A stretch of DNA of 64,000 bases from Zootoca vivipara. Its lineage: Eukaryota. The translations under genes were made by a program, and so were the position numbers. This document shows, one piece after another, positions 1 through 10,441 of this stretch (positions within the stretch are counted from its first letter, which is position 1; each line of letters begins with the position of its first letter). The notes under the pieces are model-generated. The model saw only the letters and a program-made list of their open reading frames with translations, had not been told where the DNA came from and did no database searches. The stretch covers positions 29,264,001 through 29,328,000 of the forward strand of contig NC_083279.1 in assembly GCF_963506605.1 (NCBI RefSeq), read 5' to 3'.

Positions 1-279
1 ATTAACTCGGAAGCAAGTGTCTCTGAGCTCAGTGAAACTGGAGTTTTTATCCAGATAAACAGGGCTGCAGTTTATAACTTCTGACAGGTTTAAACAATGG
101 CCCAATAAAGCGACTGCAGCATAGCGTGCCTAGGCATCAGCAGCCCCTTCCAACTCATGTAAGGCTTATTTTATTTACTAGATTTCTGAATAGACCTGCG
201 CGGGGATTGTACTGGTAACAACTCAGTCGCTACCGCATTTACTCAGAAATAAGACCCACGCATGATTCATCGGCTTTAT

Positions 280-1050
280 TGCCTAGTGAGCAACCATTCC
301 GCTCTGCACGTAAGAGAGCCACGCCTTTCTAGAGCCCAGCCGGAAGCGCAAGGCATTCTGGGCCTTGTAGTTTATGGCGCTCACGGCACTGCAGCGACCA
401 CTGTATACTGGTAGCAGTTTTCGCTGGCCCAGGTAGTGCCCCCTTAGTTCAGAAATCGTTGCTTCGTGGGGCAGTAACAGCCGGTGTGGCCTTTCCTCGA
501 CAAAAACAACCCCGACGCGCCATCTCCGAACGTTACCATAGCGACTGATCCCAATTTTAAAAACAACCCGAAGAGCACCTGAGCAAACGTGCTTCAAGCG
601 GTGACGTGCTGCGCATGCGTAACAACGGCCGCGGACTCTGACGATTAATGCCTGCGCCAACAATAGAGTTTCCGGGTGCCTCGCACTCCCTTAAGACGCA
701 GGCGTAAGCGGTCGGCCGGTAGCGGAGTCCGTGGAGAGGCCTGGGAGGCTGTTTTTCGGGCGCTAATTTGCCTCAGGCTTCCGCAGTGAGTATAAGAGCG
801 GGACAATAAAGACCCATTTGTGTTTACACGCGCAGTACGTTTAGGTGCGGCAGCTGCGCTTCCTTCCAAGTCCCGTACTGGGAGTGCGATCTGTGCAGCC
901 CGCCTGAGCAGGCCGTGCTATTCTGTGGGTGGGCGTATCTTTTTGAGTTGCCGGGGCTGTCGTCGTCGTCCTCCCTCCTTCCCCCCACCCCCACCCCTTC
1001 GAAGGATTTCTAATGACAAAAGGACTCAGCTGGCCCTGCTCGTCCCGTGG
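280..1050. promoter_or_regulatory. CpG-island promoter of TXNDC9, including a probable non-coding first exon ending at 785
   Basis: CpG-dense versus AT-rich flanks. NRF1 motif TGCGCATGCG at 610-619, CRE-like GTGACGT at 601, ETS-like CCGGAAG near 340, donor-like GCA|GTGAGT at 785/786. Confidence 0.75.
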
Positions 1051-1083
1051 CTGCCTTTTCTGTGATAGGGAAAGCAGCAGGGG

Positions 1084-1665
1084 ATCATAGAATTTTGGAA
1101 GAGACTCCAAGGGCCATCTAGTGCTAGTCCAATCCCCTTGCAATGCAGGAATTTCAGCTAAAGCATCCATGACTGATGGTCACCCACACTCTGCCTAAAA
1201 AAAACCTTCAAAGGAAGGAGAGCCCGCCGCCACCTCTCGTGGGAGTCTGTTCCACTGCTGAACAGCTCTTACTGTTAGAAAGTTTTTTCCCCTGATCTTT
1301 AGTCGGAGTCTTGGTTCAAGTCCTACCCTCCAGAGCAGGAGAAAACTAGCATGCTGTCTCCTCCATGTGACAGCCCTTAAGATATTTGAAGATGGCTATC
1401 ATATCTCCTCTCAGTCTCTTTTCCAGGCTAAACATACCCAGCTCCTTCAAGCGCTCCTCATAAGGCTTAGTTTCCAGACCCTTGATCATCTTGGTTGCCC
1501 TCCTCTGCACATGTTCCAGCTTGTCAACATCCTTCTTAAATTGTGGTGCCCAGCATTGGACACAGTATTCCAGATGTGGTCTGACTAAGGCAGAATAGAG
1601 TGGTACTACGGTATTAACTTCCCTTGATCTGGACACTATACTTCTGTTGATGCAGCCTAGAGACA
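1084..1665 (-). mobile_element. CR1 LINE 3' fragment (ORF2 C-terminus plus 3' tail)
   Basis: ORF 1346-1786 contains [44 protein letters not shown]...[16 protein letters not shown], the typical CR1 ORF2 C-terminus. The reverse-complemented ATTCTATGAT tail is at ~1084. Confidence 0.9.
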
Positions 1666-2422
1666 CAATAAAGGGGAATGGCCTTTGCCTTGGCTGCAAT
1701 GCACTCTCTGTAAACTGATTTTGAGCCAGGGGGTGCCAACTTGGATGGAATATTGGGGAGGAGAGGGAGTAAGCCCCGCCCCACATAATTGATCACATGA
1801 CATCACACACACACAGCATTTGAATGGCAATGCCCATCAATTTCGGGGGGGGGGGGTTGGCCCTTCAGATATTGCAGGGCTGAATGGGCCTTTGACCCTA
1901 GGAGTTGGCTCCTATGTATTAAGCAGACTTTGTTGTTAATCTTATGTAAGTAGCTCCGGATCCCTGTTTAGCTGAGGAGTGGGGTAAAAATGTTTTAAAG
2001 CAGTAAAATAAAACTAGCTGCTGCAAAATGGGCAGGTGCCTAGAGACAATGCATTTCCGTAATGGCTAATAAAGTTGAGGTTTCTACAGTGCAATGTAGC
2101 AAGTCTTATTAGCCAGCAATATATTATGTCAACTTCAAAGCAAAGTAACATCAAAGTTCGATTGGTTTGCTTTCAACTTTGCATATTACTAATACAGACA
2201 TAGTTTTATGGAGCATATAAGGATACAAACATTTTGTGAGCCCATCTGTCACTTTCAACAGAAGAACTACAGAGGGGGGAAACCATCCAGAAATGGGTTA
2301 AAAGGAGGAAAGCGGAATAGGCTGTACAGTACTGTACTGTCTTTGTCCCTCTTCCGCAGAGTGGGTCAAGACAAAACTGCCAAAGATGCTAGAAGAGACT
2401 GTATACAAGTGTTTAAATGCTA

Positions 2423-2595
2423 ATTCCTGGAGTCTCCAAGCCGAGATAGGTGAACTAGAATACTTGGTCTCAAAGGATGGCGCTGATATTGTGGACATAA
2501 CAGAAACCTTGTGGAATGAAGAGAATCGGGGACATGGTTATCTCTGGATATAAAAGGACAACCTGGAGGTGGTGTTGCTCTAGGGCATAAATGCA
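2423..2595 (+). mobile_element. Degraded CR1 ORF2 endonuclease-region fragment
   Basis: gatattgtggacataacagaaacc...tggaatgaagag and ggaggtggtgttgctct resemble the DIVGITETWW and GGGVAL motifs of the CR1 APE domain. Confidence 0.55.
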
Positions 2596-2693
2596 TGAAA
2601 AGTGGAGCTTTGATATCATATTGCATCCAAGTCTGATTTAAAATATACTCTGTTTTACAGGTTTAATGTGTGTGCCACTTATTTAGGAAGAAA

Positions 2694-5600
2694 ATGTCGT
2701 CTGAAATGTTTTCAAAAGCTCTGGAGGCTCAGTTGCTTCAGACAACAAAGATTGTAGAAGAACAACTTGATGCTGAGATTAAAAAACTAGACAATGTGGA
2801 TGATGATGAATTAGAAATCCTAAAGCAAAAAAGGCTTGAAGGCTTGAAGAAAGCCCAGCAACAGAAACAGGTAAGTTTCTTATAGTGGTGTTAACTGTTT
2901 AATATTAGTTGTTGTTTTAATAGCTGTATCAAATTCACTCTCTTAGCAACAGCCCTGTAAGATACACCACTATTTCCCTACTGCAGGTGAGAATGAAGCT
3001 GATAGAATACTAGCTTGCCTAAAGCTGCAAAGTGAGTTTATGGATGAAGTGAGATTTGAAGTAGCTCACACTCATGCAGTCCAATCCCACTCATACTCCA
3101 CTCCAGAAGAATTAAATGTTATACAGTGGTGCCTCGCTAGACGAATGCCCTGCTAGACGAAAATTCCGCTTAACGAAAGGATTTTCTGATCGGAGGTTGC
3201 CTCGCTATACGACGAGGTTTTCTATGGCCACCGCTTCGTCTTGCGAAAGTGGCCATAAAAACCTCCGATCAGAAAATCGGGGCATTCATCTAGCAAAAGG
3301 GGAACACCGCCACCTCCCGTCTGCCTCCCCCGACACGGAAGGCAAGTTCAGAGACGTCCGATGTTGCCTTACATGTCGGGGGAGGCGGGCGGGAGGCGGT
3401 GGTGGTCTCCCTAGCCCTCCCTAGGTGGGGGACACCTAGCCCTTCGCTGAGAAGGGCGGGCTAGGTGTCCCCCGCTTGCGTTCCCTGAGAAGGCACCCGG
3501 CTTTCTCGGCGAAGGCAAGTGGGGGAAACCTATCCCACCCGCTTGTCTTCGCCGAGAAAGCGCCCGGCTTTCTCAGGGAACGCAAGCGGGGGACACCTAG
3601 CCCGCCCGCTTGCGTTCCCTGAGAAAGCCGAGTGTCGGGGGAGGCAGGCGGGAGGCGGCGGGAGAAGGTGTTCCCCCCCACCGCCTCCCGCCCCGCACCC
3701 CCGGCACAGAGCGCAACTTCAGGCGTCTCCGAAGTTGTGTTCCGTGTCGGGGGAGGCAGGCGCTGCGGGGGGCTTTTTGCCATTTGCCTTCCCCGAGCCA
3801 AGGGGGAGGCAAACTGCGAAAAGCCCCCGGCCGCAGTGCCACACTTCGGCTCTGGCACTGGCTTGGCGGCGGTGGGGGAAAGGCTCAGGATCGTTCCTTT
3901 GCCTTTCCCCCACCCCTCCCGACAGAGCCGGATCCGACGAAGCTTCTGAAGCTTCGCCCGATCCGGCTCTGTCATTGGCAGCAGCGGCGCTTGCTCTCTT
4001 GGCTCGGGGAAGCGCCTGCCTGCCTTCCCCGAGCCAAGAGAGCAAGCGCCGCCGCCGCCGCCAGTTCCCCCGGAGCCCATAGGAACGCATTAATTGACTT
4101 TTAATGCATTCCTGTGGGAAACGGTGCCTCGCTATACGAAATTTTCGTAGGACGAATTGAGTCCTGGAACGAATTAATTTCGTCTAGCGAGGCACCACTG
4201 TAAATACTGTGTTCTTTATTTGTCACTATGTTACACAGCTTGTTGAAACTTCAATCACATCCATTGGTGTGACACTGTATATGCTGCTGGACAATTGTTA
4301 ACGTCACCACCTGATATATTTAAATATATATATAAGGTTAGGAATTGGCAAAGAAGCTGATGTTTAATGTTTTCTAATATTTGCACCCATTTATCTTGCA
4401 TGAGCAGGTAATATATGAAACTTTCTTTGGCCATGAAATTGAATTTTTCAGATTTGTTGGCATTAGTAATTACAGAATAACTGGTGGAATTATGAATATT
4501 CCTGATGCTACATAACATTTCAGGGAATGCTTTACCTCTTATGACAACGCAAAAATACTTAACTTCAAACGTCTAACATTTTATATTCTTATAAACAGGA
4601 ATGGCTTTCAAATGGGCATGGGGAATATGTGGAAATCCCCAGTGAGAGAGATTTTTTTGAACAAGTGAAAAGGAGCAATAAAGTCGTCTGCCATTTTTAC
4701 AAAGATACAAGTTTCAGGTATACTAAACTCCTTAGAACACAAATACGTACCAAAATAGGTTGACTGTCAAACAAATAGCAGAAGCTTTGTTTAGAAAACA
4801 GTCTATAGTGTCCCTGCTGTTATCGATCCACACCCATCTGTTGTCAACTAAGTATAAAAAGCCCTATTCACTGATGAAACTTTCCTTTCCTTAGTGAGCA
4901 CATGGCATGCTTACAGAGTCATGGGTAACAAGTACTTGCTGCTATCTTGTATCCTTGATATACTTACCTAGTGTTAGCTACAGTCCTAAACATGTTTATT
5001 CAGAAGCAAGAGCTTTCTGAGAGTAGGAGCTGATCGACAGTGGAACAGACTCCCATGAGAAGTGTGATTTCAATAGATCTTAAAAATGCAAACCCAAGTG
5101 TGCATTATAGCCATAATTATTCATATTGTATATTGAGTATGGTTGGCTGGGCAGATTAATACTTGATATATTGATTATAGCCTCGACATGGCTGCTAAAG
5201 TCTTTAGAAACAGCATTGTCCTTCAGATCCACTGCTTTATATTTTTACTATGTCCACTCCCTAGTATCAAGGGAAAAGGGAATGGGAAACTTGGTAAAAC
5301 TACCTTTTGAGTTAAATATTTAATAACTTACATGCTAACATTATGACCATTGTAATAACAAACTTACTGACAGGTCAAATGCGTATATTTTAATAATAAA
5401 TTACTCATTTGCGATTTCTACATTTCATCACTGTAAAGCACTTTGTTTTATTTTCTGTTCCTCAGATGCCTGATATTAGATAAGCATCTAACAGTACTGG
5501 CAAAAAAGCACATTGAGACCAGGTTTATCAAATTAAATGCTGAAAAATCTCCATTCCTGTGTGAGAGACTTCGCATTAAAGTACTTCCCACACTAGCACT

Positions 5601-6281
5601 TGTAAAAGATGGCAAAACACAGGATTACGTGGTTGGTTTTACTGATCTTGGTAATACAGATGACTTCACCACAGAGACCTTAGAATGGCGATTAGGTTGT
5701 GCAGATATAATCAACTACAGGTAAATAAAATTATCTCTTTTGTTTTTTAATGTAGCTGGTGCAATATTAAAGGTACTTAAAGCATAGAAAATCAAAAAGG
5801 GAATCACTTTTAAAAATAATGAACTGTTGTTTCTGCCTTCCAACTTCCACAAGAAATTGTGGAAGGTATTTCTGAACGTGTAATACACTTGGTAGGTTAC
5901 TTACACCTTTACTTCACGAAGAATGAGCTAAGTCCCGTCTCTTTTTTGTAATGTTGTTCTAGTGAAGGATTCAGGAAGCAGAGTATGTTTCCCCTCTGCT
6001 GTAGTGAGAGAACTACTCTGCTTCAAGCAGTTGTGCTCCAAAATAACAGAATCTGGCATTGTGCTTTGCAAGACTTATACTATAAAATGCAGGTGTTGCT
6101 TTTGTGGTGTTTCTTTTTAATAATCGATTCACATACAGTATTGAAAGAACTTTTTTCCCCTTTTAGTGGCAACTTGATGGACCCCCCTTTCCAGAGCCAA
6201 AAGAAGTTTGGAACCACTTTCACAAAGATGGATAAGAAAACAAGGGGAAAGAAATATGATTCAGATTCTGATGATGATTAG
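2694..6281 (+). CDS. TXNDC9: Thioredoxin domain-containing protein 9 (phosducin-like protein 3), 221 aa; join(2694-2870,4599-4717,5466-5720,6167-6281)
   Basis: All introns are GT-AG and the frame is continuous (666 nt). The translation [19 protein letters not shown]...[20 protein letters not shown]...[31 protein letters not shown]...[11 protein letters not shown] matches recalled human TXNDC9. AATAAA at 6637-6642. Confidence 0.96.
3124..4200. mobile_element. Non-autonomous Tc1/mariner (Tigger/pogo-like) DNA transposon in a TXNDC9 intron
   Basis: 22-bp perfect TIRs CAGTGGTGCCTCGCTAGACGAA, TA duplication at 3122-3123 and 4201-4202, GC/CpG-rich internal palindromes. Confidence 0.9.
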
Positions 6282-8377
6282 ATATCATGATTCAGATGTT
6301 TGTAAATCATCTTTTCTTTGAAGCTTAATACATTTCTAGGAATGTTTTATAAAGCTGTTTGTTTTCAGTACATTTGCATATAATGCTCATTTTCTAAAAC
6401 AGTTTTATACAACTCATGAAAAGAAACTGAATATTTTTTTTCGCTTGGGGTGACATTTCTAGGTGAAAAATCTGCCCTCTTTTGAACTGCGTCACATGAG
6501 ACATGACTTTAAAGCATTTTGTTAATTATAAAAATTCTCTTTAAACTACATTTTAAGTACTTCATTTGTCAATTGAAATATTAATGAAGGACTTCTGTCA
6601 AGAATTGTCATAAAACTATTCCAGAAGTAGTACATTAATAAAACTGTCGCTTGTCTGACTATGCCATGTGTATGACATGGTATTGCCTAACTTAACATTG
6701 CACTGCATATTATGAAACCATCTTAGCCTCTTTAAAAGAATTAAGTCTACCAGTTGTGTACACTGCACGTTAAAGCTGAATCAGCAGGCAAATAGCACAT
6801 GGCAAAACTATATTGAACTGGAGTACAGACTAGATTTTTTTATTTTAAAAAAATCGGAGTGAAAATTGGTGTTTGCTTTTTCTCTTGATGTGAATGCAGT
6901 TTAATACAATTTATTGCACTGTTGTTCTTCAGTAATAGGCTTATTTTCCAAGAGAATCTCTTTCGTCTAGGAATACTAAAATTCCCTTGGGAATCTGTGA
7001 CAGTCTAGCTCCTAGGTAGGTGAATGAGCTTTTCCTTTGTACTTGTAAATGACCACAGTTGCCAAAAAGTTGAAGTATATCTACATTTGGGGGTGTTGAG
7101 ATAAAGCCCAATTGGTTCAGGAAATAAGAGAGCCTTGCCTGTGAATCTCTACTTGTGGCAAATAAAGAGTCAACTCATTTGAAAGAAAATTGCTTTCTCT
7201 TCTATCAGAGAGAAGTGAGCAATGTTGCAGCATGCTTACTGAATCAGCATGAAGTCACCAGTGTTAAGTTGATAGTTGTGTGCACAAGTCTTGGTTCAGT
7301 AGCTGCTTTCTCCGTTTTTCCTTTTGAGGGAGGTGAGGAAACTGCCTCAGTGAGGGGTGAGTGGACATATTTAATATCCACCATTAACAGGCACACCTTA
7401 TCTCAGTGGAATGCATAGCTGTGCCCCAACATTGCTTGCTTCTCTCTGCTGATAGAAGTAATGGGCAAGCTATTTCTAGAAGTTATAAAAGGAGCATTTC
7501 CTATGAAGATCCAAAGGGAAGGGGTAATGAGAAGGATTTATCTAAGATGGTTTGAAGGCAGGTAAAAGAGGGGGGGGGTTTCAGTGTAGTGTTTTGAGTC
7601 TACTGGATAGGCATAGTTGGTAGGCAGAGTCTCTGTGTCCCAGCAAATTCTGGGTATTAGCTGCCACAGGAGGTGTAAAACCAATCTGGCTCTTTTGCAC
7701 AGTAGGTCAGCAATATTTTTCTCTTAACTAAGTCAGTTGTGTGTTTTTTTTAACGTTTATGTAAAAGAAAATAAAATTATTTGAATTCTAAGGGCTAAGT
7801 GCCTGTGTATGTTTTTGCTCAGCCTGCTTTATTCCTTAGGGGAGTGTTGCTAAGCTTTTTTCACTGAGGCACACTAGTACACCACAGAAAGCCGGGGAGG
7901 GGGGGGGTCTGAATTTTCCAAGCCACTATTCTCGATATGTTCACAGAAATAGGGCTGCAGCAATACTGAATGGGGCCTTCCTGATCCAAACGGCACCAGC
8001 CCTATTTCTGATACTGTATATGGACAGTGATGACACTCAGGACCGGGTAAGGACAGATGATTTCTTGATGAAGCCTGGACTACAACTGACAGGTACGGGA
8101 CACTGCTACATCCAAAATATCAGTCCCATCCTCAAGCCCCGACTGGCCCCTTCCAAAGTTGCAAGGAGGATGTCGTGACTCCTGCCTGTTTTCTGTGGAG
8201 GAAACATTCGGAAATAACTGCACACCAACAATGCAATCTGAAGTGGTTACAGGTTCTACTGCCTTGCTGCATGTGAAGTGTAGAATGGTGTTGTAGTGGA
8301 TGTAGAAATGATGAGAAGAAATTACATTTAAGCTGCCTGTCATTTCCTCATTGTAAATTCCTGTGAAACCTGTAGAT

Positions 8378-8513
8378 CAGGTATCCCCAAACTGCGGCCC
8401 TCCAAATCTTTTGGCCTACAACTTCCATGATCCCTAGCTAACAGGACCAGTGGTCGGGGAAGATGGGAATTGTAGTCCAAAACATCTGGAGGGCCGAAGT
8501 TTGGGGATGCCTG
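8378..8513. mobile_element. hAT-type MITE (URR1-like)
   Basis: TIRs CAGG(T/C)ATCCCCAAACT, perfect 8-bp TSD CTGTAGAT (8370-8377 and 8514-8521). A second copy is at 55255-55382. Confidence 0.9.
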
Positions 8514-10441
8514 CTGTAGATGTTCTAAGGCAGATGGGGGGAGGTAAAACGAATGACCCAAACTACTAGCAATCACCAGCCTGGCTTGGCTTGTTAACAC
8601 GAGCTTAATCCAGGGGTTGTGTTTGGGAGTTTAATTCCCCCCACCTTGATGAATTCTAACACTTATTGGACCCAGGAATTCAGGGTGTCTTGCACTCCAT
8701 GAACTCGTAACAGTAATGAATATTTGCTGAGGTCATATCTCACTTGAAGACTGCAAAAGCAATTCACTTTATCAGATAAGTTACCATATTGACAGATTAC
8801 ACATGGAAACACGGGCAGCTCATCACAAAGATAACCAAATGTTCGAGTCTCTACTACTCACTGATGCTTTTATTTTTAGCCATCATGGCTAACTGCTAAT
8901 GCAGTCATCTCCAACTGATAGCCTCCAGATGTTTCGCACTACAACTTCCATCAGCCCCAGCCAACAGATGTTGGGGAAGTTTGAGCTTCTTTTAAAGATC
9001 TTTATGTCAGGGGCTAACAAATGACAATGAACTCTTTTGCAAGTTTTAGAAAGTGTTTCCTTTCGTCTACTCTGAAGTTAATGCTAATCAGTTTATTGAT
9101 CTCAAGATGTAACACTTAAAAACTCCTTAATTACATACCTCCTAATTTCATCTCTTGCCTTGTCTCCATACAGCTGTTTGTGTACACCAAAAAGACCAGC
9201 TGGTTTGAAGGCAGATGTGCCAACCTTTGTTAATTTAAGTTGCTGTTTTGCCTGGTAGTATTTCCAGGGATAGTCTATTGATTAATACCAAACTTGGCTT
9301 TTGATTACTCTAGCACTGAACACATTTCAGCAAGGTTCTACTATGACTCAATTATCTCTCCCAAGGTGTTTCAGCCCATTTAGACTGTGTATAAAACATT
9401 AGCACAAAAGAATCTTATCAGCCATTCGCACTAATCCAGTCTGCATGTAATGGGGGGGGGACCCTACAGTAAATTAACATGTGCACAATGTTGGTAAATT
9501 CATTGCTCAAAAGTTCCCAGTCATTCTTCCCATGCTCCTGCTGCTGCCATGAGGAAAGAAACCTGAGGCAAGATTTTGTGTTGCATGCAAACCAACACTC
9601 ATGATTTGTTTTCCTCAAACTGCAGTGGTCAAGCCAAGAACCAACCTTGACTTCCATTCTTGGTTTATGAAACAGAAAGCCAGTCTCTGATTTATTTCCT
9701 TCACAGCACAGCAACAGCAACAAGGACTTTTATGAACTTTTGCATGCACTGAAGTCATGCAGTGTATTAGACAAACTGTTACAGGGAACCAAGTTTCTTC
9801 TGGAGTTTATAAAGAATTCCTCATTGAAAAGAAAAATGAAGAGAGTTTGTCCATGCACTGAGTTTCTCCTACAGTATACTGCTGAATAGTACTGGGTTGG
9901 TTTAGGGTACACTTTCTATTAAACATAGAATAATGAGGCCATGCTTCAGGCTACAAACCAAATCCCCTTTATGTTCAGAGCTTGGTAGTGGGACAACCAT
10001 CATTCTCTGCTGCTGCTTGCCTGGAGTTTAGTTTGGCTGGCCTCCCAGTGAGGTGCATCTAAAATGAGAATCCCAAAAATAAACTGGAAGCAGAAGCAAA
10101 ATACAAAGGGGGAGGCAAGAAAGGCTTTTATTAATCTTACACATTTCAGACTCCATTGGTTCTTTAGGGAGTTTCTCAGCAAACAAGTCACTGTGGAAAA
10201 GTGATCCCTGGAGGGAGAAACTTTTGAGACCTACTATGGTGCTTCCAATAGGCAAACAGTAAGGAATTATGTACACATACAGTGAAGCTTGATGAAATGC
10301 TTGTATAATCAGCATTAGTACTAGCCATGTTTGATTAATCAGTCAAATAAAGCCTTGACACAGTACAAGGGATGTGTAGATGAGCTCCCCAATCAAATTT
10401 CAGTTTAAAATTACATTTATTGTACAAAATGGGACTACACA

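Noticed and set aside
1-700. EIF5B first coding exon, expected head-to-head with TXNDC9 by synteny
   Set aside because: No MGKKQK-encoding sequence on the minus strand. It probably lies just outside the window. ORFs 283-663, 645-869, 820-1065 and 841-1170 are CpG-island artefacts.
3116-4104. Cluster of long overlapping ORFs (up to 214 aa) on both strands
   Set aside because: They coincide with a GC-rich non-autonomous transposon, have low-complexity translations and show no transposase motifs.
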